Shown: piece by piece, positions 53,480 through 64,000 of the stretch
How positions within the stretch are numbered: position 1 is the stretch's first letter
Layout of the letters: every line of letters begins with the position of its first letter
Assembly: GCF_006345805.1 (NCBI RefSeq)
Contig: NC_043004.1
Location: 10,540,001-10,604,000 of the forward strand
DNA: 64,000 nt
Reading direction: 5' to 3'
DNA from: Octopus sinensis
Taxonomy: Eukaryota
Made by a program: the position numbers and the translations under genes
Notes under the pieces: generated by a model
Told to the model about the DNA's origin: nothing
The model's input: only the letters and a program-made list of their open reading frames with translations
Database searches by the model: none

Positions 53480-53720
53480 TGATATCGATAAAAAAAAACA
53501 AAACATAATGATGTCCCACTATTGCTAACCTCTATAACCGTTAATGTTAAGATAGAACGCAGTTACAACATAAAGCTTATTGTCACTAATAACAAAAGTA
53601 CATTGCAACAAACACCAACACGTCTTTTAATTATTATAGCTTGGCAATTTAATAAAGATCAATCACAAAAACTACACAATAGACACTGATAAACCAAGAA
53701 CTTGGAATCTAGCGTAGTTC
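53480..53720 (+). mobile_element. Possible ancient Helitron helicase C-terminal debris (similar debris on the minus strand at ~55030-55420)
   Basis: NKDQSQKL weakly resembles INKSQGQTL; very degraded. Confidence 0.2.
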
Positions 53721-54469
53721 CGTCGTTAAATAAATTCCTGTAATTGTTTAACCTTTGACTCAATTAACGTCATCCATTAATTTTGCTTATTAAATTATTG
53801 AACTTACAGCTTGGAATTTTCTTTTACACCGTCAGTTTATTAAGTTTCGTTAAGTTTATTTTCGTCTAAATGTATTTAACTATATTACACCTTGTTCTTC
53901 GATCTCTTCTAATTGAACAGATTATACAGCGACTGACTATGGCAGATTACATAAATCTGTATTTTATCATATTTTTACATGATTTTAATCCGTTTCAGTT
54001 TTATCCTATAATAATTTTTGTATAATTTATATTATGTATTTTCTTATTTTTTTTATACTTTCACTATATTATATTGGATTAGATTTTTACGTTTGCTTAA
54101 ATATATTCGAACTTACTTAACAAGCTGCACACAATATTTGTTTATTGTGATCAAATGTTGGTGTTGTTCGTTAGCTCACATCTTCCATCGAATTGACGTT
54201 ACCTATAAAAGCAGGCGCACGGTGTGCCACTCGTGAGCTGTTGAAGTCATCGCAGAGCAAAGTGAACACAATGCACTTTCTGGTCCTAAATTCGAAACCA
54301 CGATGTCGCCATCTTGAGTGCAACATCTTAACCACTGAGCCACAGTTTAACATACACACACACACACATGCTTGCATACATACATGCATATATATACGTA
54401 TATAATGCATGCATACCTAAATACATACATACAATGAGTATGTGGAGAATGGGAGAGAAATGGAGGTAG

Positions 54470-54502
54470 ATAGATACATAGGTAGATAGATAGATAGATA
54501 CA

Positions 54503-54544
<42 letters not shown>

Positions 54545-54671
54545 TAGAGATAGATACATAAAGAGAAAGAGAAATAGTGACAGATAGATAGAAGGAGAGA
54601 GAGAAAAAGAAACAATCATAGATAGATAGATTAATAGATAAATAGATAGATAGATAGACAGACAGGCAGGC

Positions 54672-54734
<63 letters not shown>

Positions 54735-54825
54735 TAGAGAGAGTGATAGAGAGAGAAATAGAGATAGATACATAGAGAGAAAAAGAAATAGTGAGAGACA
54801 GATATATAGATAGATAAAGTGAGGA

Positions 54826-54859
<34 letters not shown>

Positions 54860-54894
54860 AAGAAACAATGATATATAGATAAATAGACAGATAA

Positions 54895-54928
<34 letters not shown>

Positions 54929-54945
54929 CGATAGATAGACAGACA
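54470..54945. repeat. (GATA)n/(GA)n compound microsatellite
   Basis: Directly visible. Confidence 0.95.
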
Positions 54946-55769
54946 GACATATATTCATTATTAAACAATATAGTCAAATTTAAAGACAACTTCTAACGAA
55001 AATAATAGACGTTTTGAAAACCAATCAACGTTTGGTTTTTAATGATTTATGGTTTATTAATTATAACAATTCTTAGCTAACGACATCTGTCCTGACGTTG
55101 ATTTTGTGCGAAAACCGTGAAGTTGTATTTTATGTTGAAACAAAATTGTTCCTACTGTTTTTGCTGTTGTTTTTTTTATGTGATTAATAATAAGTATGTT
55201 ATCATACGATAATTCAGTATATTTCTTAGAAATAGGTTTATTAATCTCACCAATACGCACAGTAATTATTGCAACGTGGACTTGATTTATAATAGATTAA
55301 TTAGAATGTGATTTTATAATCAATATGCAAATTTTGTGTGATATCTTATTAAATATATTTGGGATTCTAGCCGTAGAAACACATTACAATTTGAGAATTA
55401 ATTAAAATTTTAAAGAATGAATTTCAAATACACTCCTTTAGAAAGTCTGTTATAACAACTCTACCGTGTCTTGAAATATCGTTTATTTGTGGTATTTCCT
55501 AGTAGTAGTGGTTATAAATTAAGCTACATTTCGGGACGGTCACTTTATTGCCAAATAAACATACGCACTATATATTCGTTCTTCACTTCAGATTTATTAT
55601 TATTTTATGTCCTTTGTCTGGAAATATTTCGACATATATCTTGTGACCTCTTCAGCAACTCTCCATCCAATCTGTCTTGTTTAGTCCAAATCAAGCCTTC
55701 AATTTCAAATTTTGAGTCTGCTTCATGCCTTCATATACAGTAAGTAAAAACCACATGCATTAACCATAT

Positions 55770-55900
55770 GTCATGGACAGGATTGGATTGACCATGTTCC
55801 GTCCATTGCACGACGAAGGCCTCAACATGTTCTCTCCTCCAACCACAGTCCGTTGTGGAGGCCGTGAATTTGTGCTTGAGATCATACAAGTTTGACGAGC
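55770..55900 (-). mobile_element. Possible RTE-clade LINE C-terminal fragment
   Basis: WRREHVEAFVVQWT resembles the RTE C-terminal motif W..LGEAFVxQWT. Confidence 0.4.
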
Positions 55901-58139
55901 CTTCTGTGTCACACTGGCTCGACATGGCTTGCTAGAGGGGTAGAGTTTTTTTATACTACCCATCTGTAGTTAAGTCGATTACATCGACCTCCAGTGCTCA
56001 ACTAGTAATTATTCTATCGACCCCGAAAGCATGAGAGGCTAATTTGATCGAGGCAGAATTTGAACTCAAAACATAAAGACGGATGAAATACCCTCAATAC
56101 ATGAAGTAGTATTTGTGTATTTAATATAAGTGGTTTGTTTTTCATTTACCATAGCTCAGTTTCATTGCACCGACATCGAGACGAGCAAAACAGAGGAACA
56201 GCATCAGAACAGCTAAACAAACAATATTCGCGCACACATCAAAATACGAACAGCCAACTGTACATAGATATTTGATTGTTGCCGTCACATAACATTTATT
56301 GAATTTCTATGCGCAGAACACATACTATTTTTATCTGTATACTTTCAGAGCCTCACGATGTTTATACAGTTTCAGTGTCACATGCGTAAAACATATTTTG
56401 TGAAGTATGAATTTGCATTTAGCGGATGCTCTTTGGTGGGAATCCAATTACCTACACGCAGTACTAGTTTTTATTATCACGGCAAATTCGAATCCAAGCA
56501 TACTTAATTTCTTAGGTATAATCCAATTTTTACCTCCTGCCATTGAATTATCTTTAAGTAAATATAACGAGAAATTACAGAGCATTAATATGAATTCCAA
56601 CTATCTTAAATCATTCTGAAAAATACATTTTGTAACACTACTAAGCGCATGTCCTATTCATCCTCTCTCAAGGATTACTTTCGCCTCACTTTTCCTCATA
56701 ATGATACACTAATAGAAACATAAGTTACACACAGAGCAAAATTAATATTGATAGGCACAAAAACAGAAATCTCAATAATTTATAAATTAATGTGCGTTTC
56801 AATCTTGTTGGGATTTTCTTAAACAATACATGAGTATTTTCCAGTAGAACACAGCTATCATAAGATATTTAATGCATATATATTGCACCAAAAAGTCGCT
56901 TCTTCCATAACCACCATAAACAAGATAAACATTTTCCATTAAAAAAAAAACGCAAAACTTTTCTTCATTATGTCATTTCAAGGAATTAAATTACCTACAC
57001 TTTTCCCTGTGTGTGCATTCATCCAACTTTAGTTTATCAAACAAAAGTCAGGTTGAAGATAACAATGATAAAAAATGCTGCATAGGGATTACTGAAAAAA
57101 ATCCTGAAAAATATATGTGACTGAAATTCTTCAGTCGGCCCAAACTGTTCAGAGCACAAAGCCTATACAGAGAAGGAAGTTATCCCGAAATATATCTGTG
57201 TATGTCACTGTTCTGTTAAAGATTTGAAAGATTCCTATTATATTCCATATTTAATTCCATACTTTCTCAATTTTATTACGTATATTTCGAGATTGTCTTC
57301 CTGTGGTTTTTACATGATTGATAACTTAAAGAATGAGTGTTCTCTTCAACATATATGTCATTTAAGTACATCAAGTATGCTAGCGCTTAGTTTCTTAATA
57401 TGTTAATGGATTTGGTTATTGCACAGTTTCTTGTTTATCCGTGATTTATGACCAAAAGTAAATCCAATACCGGTAATTCTCATCCAGTATACTTAGAAGA
57501 CTGTAAGACTGCATTATATAAGATGGTAGTATGTTTCCAGGGAGACTTGGCTGCTATTTGCAGCATGTGAAGCGACAATGTCCATGCCCCCTTTTTCACT
57601 GAGATTGTTTGTTAATGCTTAATAATGGTTTCAAATGCTGGCACAAGGCTAGCAATTTCGGAAAGGCAGTAAGTCAATTATATCAACCGCTGTATTCAAC
57701 TGATACTTATTTTATCGACAACAAAAGGATAAAAGGCAAGGTCGACCTTGGTAGAATTTGAATTCAGAACGTGGAGGCGGATGAAATGCCGTTAAGCATT
57801 TTTCCTGGCATGCTAAGAATTCTACTAGTTTGCCTCCGTAAAAATTTATTCCATACCAGTAATTCCCATCAAGACTGTTTAGAAAACTGTAGGTCTACTT
57901 TATCTACGATTGTGGTGTGTTTCCAGAGAGACATGGCCGCTTTTTGCAGCATTTCATACAATCATGTACACGCTCTATTTTTGGCACGATATATCAGTTA
58001 ATACTTAATAACGATTAACAAATCTCTTCGACATATTGCTTCAACTGTGCAAAATTTGGCAGAGGGAAATTAAATTGTGCTGACATAAATTTCTGTAGAC
58101 AATATCTGCAGGTATTATTTATTTATTTATTTTTTCTTT

Positions 58140-58338
58140 TCTTTTAATTGTTTCAGTCATTAGACTGCAGCCATGCTGGAGCACCGCCTTTAGTCGCCCA
58201 AATCGACCCCAGGACTTATTCTTTGTAAGCCTAGTACTTATTCTATCGGTCTCTCTTGCCGAACCATTAAGTTACGGGGACGTAAACACACCAGCATCAG
58301 TTGCCAAGCGAAGGTGGGGGGACAAACACAGACACACA

Positions 58339-58409
<71 letters not shown>

Positions 58410-58575
58410 GTACGACGGGCTTTTTTCAGTTTCTGTCTATCAAATCCTCATAAGGCTTTGGTCGGCCCAAGGCTATAGTAGAAGACACTTGCCCAAAGTG
58501 CCACGCAATGGGACTGAACCCGGAACCATGTGGTTCGTTAGCAAGCTACTTACCACACAGCCACTCCCACGCCTA
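58140..58575 (-). mobile_element. SINE family A, full length
   Basis: Family A layout. Confidence 0.9.
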
Positions 58576-59920
58576 TCCACACAACAACTCGTACGCTTAT
58601 AGTTAAAACAATTTAAACTATTTAATGTTTGAAGTATTAAAAATCTTATCATATACAGCTACAAAAGGAAAAAAAACAGTTATTATTCACTGAGTTATGG
58701 TTTTGTTATTTCCTCAGTAAGTACGTTAGACAAGCATGGATATGAACATTTCTATTATGAACTACGAAGTGTAGTCTTCATATTACTGTGAAATTGTAAA
58801 CAATGCATGACTATGTAAATATCTTAGAGTGTACATCTATAATTTTTCATGTGAATGGCGTCTCTACATTATATATTATTCAAACAGACAGCATTTAAAT
58901 AGAATAGGTAATGACGGTGCTCAATGAAAACGTTCATCATACGCATACTTTAAAGTGTTATTTTAATTTCTCTTCTACATGGTTATTCTATGGTAGATAA
59001 TGACACATCCATGGCTTTGTAACATCGTAATTGTTTAATTAATGACATGTCCTGTTCTGTTGTTCAACAAATAGCTGCCATCTTGCTTTAAATAATGACA
59101 CATTCAACGCTTCTCGCCTTATTCCAGCTACTTCAGTGATAAGTGTGTGGGTGTGTATATTCTGTGTCCTTATTTCGTAGAATAAAACCAGAATCAGATT
59201 CAATACACGGATTTATTATAACTGTGCAAACTGTGACGGCGATTAAAATATTTCTCTTTATTTCTAAACTCTTGTGCTTTTATCGTAGTTTTCGAGAAAT
59301 CAAGCGGGTGATGTTACCGTTATCCCGTGATCTCTACATATTTATCAGATTCGCATTGGTGTTATCATATACTGGTGATAGGAGGAACTATTTTGCTTGT
59401 GCAGGAGTCTTTTTTTAAAATTAGTATCGAATCCGTTTCTATAGATGTCTGCTTTTAGAAAGCATGTTTTCATTTATGCATTTGCATACTGGCTCCTTTC
59501 TCTCTGGTTTCTTTGCAATATTTTGGTTAAAACAATGTAATGGCAGATATGATTAAGTTAACTTAAACACCTCGTGATTATTTGTACCCTTTAACGCTTC
59601 TGTATTTGATATTAAACCTGGAAACCAAGTGCATCACTTGAGTCGAGTTATCGGGTCGTTTCTCCAACTCTTATATATTTGGCTCCCTGTCCAATTTTAG
59701 ATATTACTCGTCAGCAAAATTCAGGCAAAATTCTTACCAGCACTTTATCTGTCTTTACATTTCAGAGTTCAAATTCTACCAAAGTCCACTTTGCCTTTCA
59801 TTTCAGTGTCTATGAAATAAGTACCAGTTAAACACTATGGTCGGTTTAATTGACTTACCCACCAACCCGCGAAAAAAAAAAAAAATTCTTGGTCTAAGCC
59901 AAAATTTGAAATATTTTTTT

Positions 59921-60220
59921 GTTCCTTCTCGAGCCATGCCTGGCTCATAAGGGCCAGTTTCCAGATTTCCTTGGCGTATAGGTTCCCCACCTGGACGGCA
60001 CGCCAGTCCGTCGCAGGTAGGCTGCAAGAGCAAAGGGTGAGAGAAAGTTGTGGCGAAAGAGTCAGCAGAAGTTCGCCATTACCTTCTGCCGGAGCCGCGT
60101 AGAGCTTAGGTTTTCGCTCATAAACATACACACACACACACACCACCCGGTCTGAGATTGGAACCCGCGGTCCCTCGACCGCGAGCCTGCTGCTCTAACC
60201 ATTAGGCCATGTGTCTCCAC
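59921..60220 (-). mobile_element. SINE family C variant
   Basis: tRNA-like head plus the tail shared with 51674. Confidence 0.8.
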
Positions 60221-60719
60221 AAAATTTGATATTAATATTTACGTATTTCATTTGACGACACATTAGATATTCTACATGTATCATTGCCAGATAAGGCTCC
60301 ATACAACACTGCATGTTGCGCTTAAAGGAATGTTTCATTCTACCCCTGGTAATTATTTACAGCTTAGCGTCTTAGTTTGAGAATTCAGTTTGGTTCCGAT
60401 GATTATCTTCCAACCGCTATTGCTTCGATTATCTGATTAATGATTTTTCCTCTCGTATTCCCTTCATAATACAGTTGGATAAGGCACCAGACAACCAACT
60501 GGTTAATGTAAATCTGCATCCCGCAAATCAGGATGGTGTTCCATAACACTTGAACAGGAGATAAGCAATCCACTGAACAACTACCTTCACAAAACTTTAA
60601 ATTCTTCTTTATGATGATGATGATGATGATTATTATGATAATGTGTTACAGACCGTATGTTGATGCCACTGAATGTTAATAATGAGCTTTCTAAACGTGA
60701 TTATTATGGCGTTAACTAT

Positions 60720-60765
60720 TATGCTACTGCTGCTGCTGCTGCTGCTACTGTTAATACTAACGATA

Positions 60766-60801
<36 letters not shown>

Positions 60802-60966
60802 GCAACGATGGCGTTATAAACATTTTCTTTTCATCAAAAAACGACAGATTAATTTTACATCCTGTCAACTACATGAATAGGAACCACCACCACCACCACC
60901 ACCACCACCACCACCACTACCACCATTACTACTACTACTACACTACTACTACTACTACTACTACTA

Positions 60967-61030
<64 letters not shown>
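60720..61030. repeat. Compound trinucleotide microsatellite (TGC, GAT, CAC, TAC, TGC)
   Basis: Directly visible. Confidence 0.95.
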
Positions 61031-61032
<2 letters not shown>

Positions 61033-61260
61033 TATTGTTTTTGTAAACATTTTCAGCGGTTCTCTTATCAGTGTCGGGAAAACAAAGCTGATTCTTACAG
61101 GAAGGGTGAGAGCAGTGCTAGTGTTAAACATGTTGTGGTAGTTGTAGTAGTGTTCACGGGGGTGTATTTGGCTGTGTCTGTGCTATCATAATCATGGTAA
61201 CGATTGTACTAATAACGTTTTATTGGTATTGTTGTTGATTTCATTTTTTTAATTATTGAT

Positions 61261-61620
61261 ATATTCTTTTCTACTCTAGGCGCAAGGCCTGAAATGTTGG
61301 TTGAGGGGGGGGGCGGTCGATTAAATCCACACCAGTACGCAACTGGTACTTACTATATCGACTACGAACGGATGAAAAGCAAAGTCTACCTCGGCGGAAT
61401 TTGAACTCAGAACATAAAGACACACGAAATATAGTTATTGCTCTATTATTTTCTACTCTATGCACAAGGCCTGAAATTTGGGTGTGGGTGCCAGTCGATT
61501 AGACCGACCCCATTACGCAACCGGTACTTAATTTATCGACCCCGAACGGATGAAAAGCAAAGTCGACCTCGACGGAATTTGAGCTCAGAACGTAAAGAGA
61601 GACGAAATATAGTTATTGCT
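61261..61620 (-). mobile_element. Two tandem 5'-truncated family B SINE units (~180-bp period)
   Basis: CTACTCTA at 61271 and 61453; both units end in GAAATATAGTTATTGCT. Confidence 0.8.
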
Positions 61621-62000
61621 ATATTGCCTAAATACTGATGGCGATTGTAATGTATTGGTTGTGACATCAATAGTTTTGCTTCGCATTGATTATATTTCAG
61701 CTGTTAGTAAGTTCCAGATCACTCGTGAATATGTAGACCAATTTTCACGGATATCCCAGTCACGGCAAAACCCACTTTCTAGTACACGGTACTACACTTC
61801 TCCAAAGTGCTTATCTTTTGTTTTTGTATTAATTTCAGGCAAGCTTTGATTGATGATCCCTATGTTCAATATTGTTGTGGCGACAGTTCGACTCCTCTCG
61901 ACGAGAATAGACGGCATCACTACATATAAATAGTAGCGGTCTGACGTAGTTTGGTCTTCGAAGTCCAGGTATAATTTAGTGCGTTAGTGTGTTGGAAATA

Positions 62001-62153
62001 TTCTTTTCTACTCTAGGCACAAGGCCCGAAATTTTTGGGGAGGAGGCCAGTCGATTAGATCGACCCCAATGCGCAAATGGTAGTTAATTTATCGATCCCG
62101 AAAGGATGAAAAGCAAAGACGACCTTGGCGGAATTTAAGCTCAGAACATGAAG
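62001..62153 (-). mobile_element. 5'-truncated family B SINE with TSD
   Basis: 15-bp TSD AGTGTGTTGGAAATA at 61986-62000 and 62154-62168. Confidence 0.88.
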
Positions 62154-62815
62154 AGTGTGTTGGAAATACGGATTGTTGGTTCGTTGCGTTTTTGTTACTG
62201 CCGCTGTATCTATTTCGTATAACACTGTTACTGTGTATTCTTTACCTATCGTCGACAATATCAACCTTACTACGATAATGGAGGCGTAAGGATATAACAA
62301 ATATGGTGGCTGTATGAATGCTTTCTAAACTCTATCGGTTCTGCTGGTGGCTGTAGTGACGCTTTGTTGGGGACGTTGTTCTAAGTCTCTGATAATGCTG
62401 CTGTTTAGTATACAATCCATGCATTCCCGTTGGTGAGAGCCCCGTTAACATTTTCAACAATGTGCATATATGACATCAGTGAGTAATATGACTTTTTTCT
62501 AAAAACAACACGCTGACAGCTTGGCTACGATTTCTAGCAGTGTTGTCCACGTTGGTGGCTTTTTACATACTTGGTAGGGATACTTTTGATATCTCTTCAG
62601 TGCTGTTGATATATTGTGGGCTGCGTTGCTGAATGGATAATGTAGTTGCTTCTGAACCAACAGGTTGCAGTGTGACACAATAGCGCGGAACCTTCAATAG
62701 ATGTCTTCAAATGGATGTCTCGGTTTGATCTAACTTTGGTGTTGTTGGATTTGAAGGAAAACTTGCGGAAAGTGCACCAGATGGACTTTACTTGTAATTC
62801 GAATGTGCAGTCTTG

Positions 62816-62851
<36 letters not shown>

Positions 62852-63049
62852 GGTACATACACCTCGAGCACAGAGAGTTCATGAAGTATCTGTCGAAAGT
62901 TTATGACTGCGAAATATACAGCCACTTACAACGTAATACAATGATTAGTTAACTCCGTTGATCGAACAGCTCGAACACTTCATCTTCAAAATCAACACAA
63001 GAGCCACCAAGAGCCATTAATGTTGGTACATATTGCTAGTAGCTATATC

Positions 63050-63087
<38 letters not shown>

Positions 63088-63779
63088 TAGTAGTAGTAGT
63101 AGTGGTGGTGGTGGTGGTGGTATTAGTAGTAGTAGTAGTAGTAAAAACACTGTTGCTGACGTTGATATCTCGTTGGTTCCACTGGCGTCTATCTAATTGT
63201 GGCGTTGATGACGCTGTCTCTATTTGAGACGAGCGGTTTTTAAGTTTTATTGCTTCAGGTTCTTACCAAGATTTCCCAGTTCGCTACTTACATGGAATGG
63301 TTGGCCATTGAATAGTAGGAAGTCTCTCTTTTAGAATATGGGCGATGCTGCAGCCATTTATGCCATTCTATAGCATCATCTCTCACTTTCCTCTATATTT
63401 AATCAAGTCGTTCCGTCGACCTTCTATTATAATTTCACTCTTCTCCACTTGCATACTTCTCCACTCCTCTCCTTCAGTTTTCTTTCTATTTTTAAAAACT
63501 TTTTATTCATATTTTTATTTGTTTGTTTCTTTCCTTCTGTGACACAGGCACACATACACACCACATACGCACTCACACGAAGCAAAGTCAGACACGCACG
63601 CACGCACACATACACCATCTCTCTCTCTCTCTCTCCCTCTCTTCTCTCTATGTCTCTACATCTCTTTTCTGTATTTCTGTATTTCATTCTTCATTCTATT
63701 CCACTAAAAGTACTCATTCAAATATCGCATTATCATAATCTTATTTTCTTTTCTTTCATGCACTACCTACCTACCTGCC

Positions 63780-63786
63780 TATCAAC

Positions 63787-63885
<99 letters not shown>

Positions 63886-63897
63886 CCTACCTACCTA

Positions 63898-63953
<56 letters not shown>

Positions 63954-63955
63954 AT
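63780..63955. repeat. (TATC)n tetranucleotide tract
   Basis: Directly visible. Confidence 0.95.
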
Positions 63956-64000
63956 GTCTATGTGTCTGTCTGTCTATCTGTCTGTCTGTCTGCCTACCTG

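Overview
Repeat-dense, AT-rich, non-coding eukaryotic DNA. The SINE families and extreme microsatellite load resemble an octopod cephalopod genome (inferred from recalled repeat families, not from a database search). I find no intact host protein-coding gene, tRNA gene or CRISPR array. Almost all ORFs in the track are microsatellite translations or transposon debris. The window holds about 30 tRNA-derived SINE copies from 3-4 families, several with clear target-site duplications (TSDs). It also holds degraded R4/Dong, CR1/Jockey-like, RTE-like and Penelope-like retroelements, three Tc1/mariner elements (a TIR-intact deleted mariner, a DD34D relic and a near full-length DD41D/rosa-type element), Helitron debris and a 5S rRNA pseudogene. 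A recent, near-identical inverted plus tandem duplication spans 6.4-9.3 kb. The most interesting signal is a set of at least eight type I hammerhead-ribozyme-like motifs from four unrelated repeat families. Two of them sit head-to-head in a ~335 bp palindrome. Each copy carries different core mutations, and the family-1 consensus restores a canonical catalytic core. Boundaries were read by eye and are approximate unless a TSD or TIR is cited.
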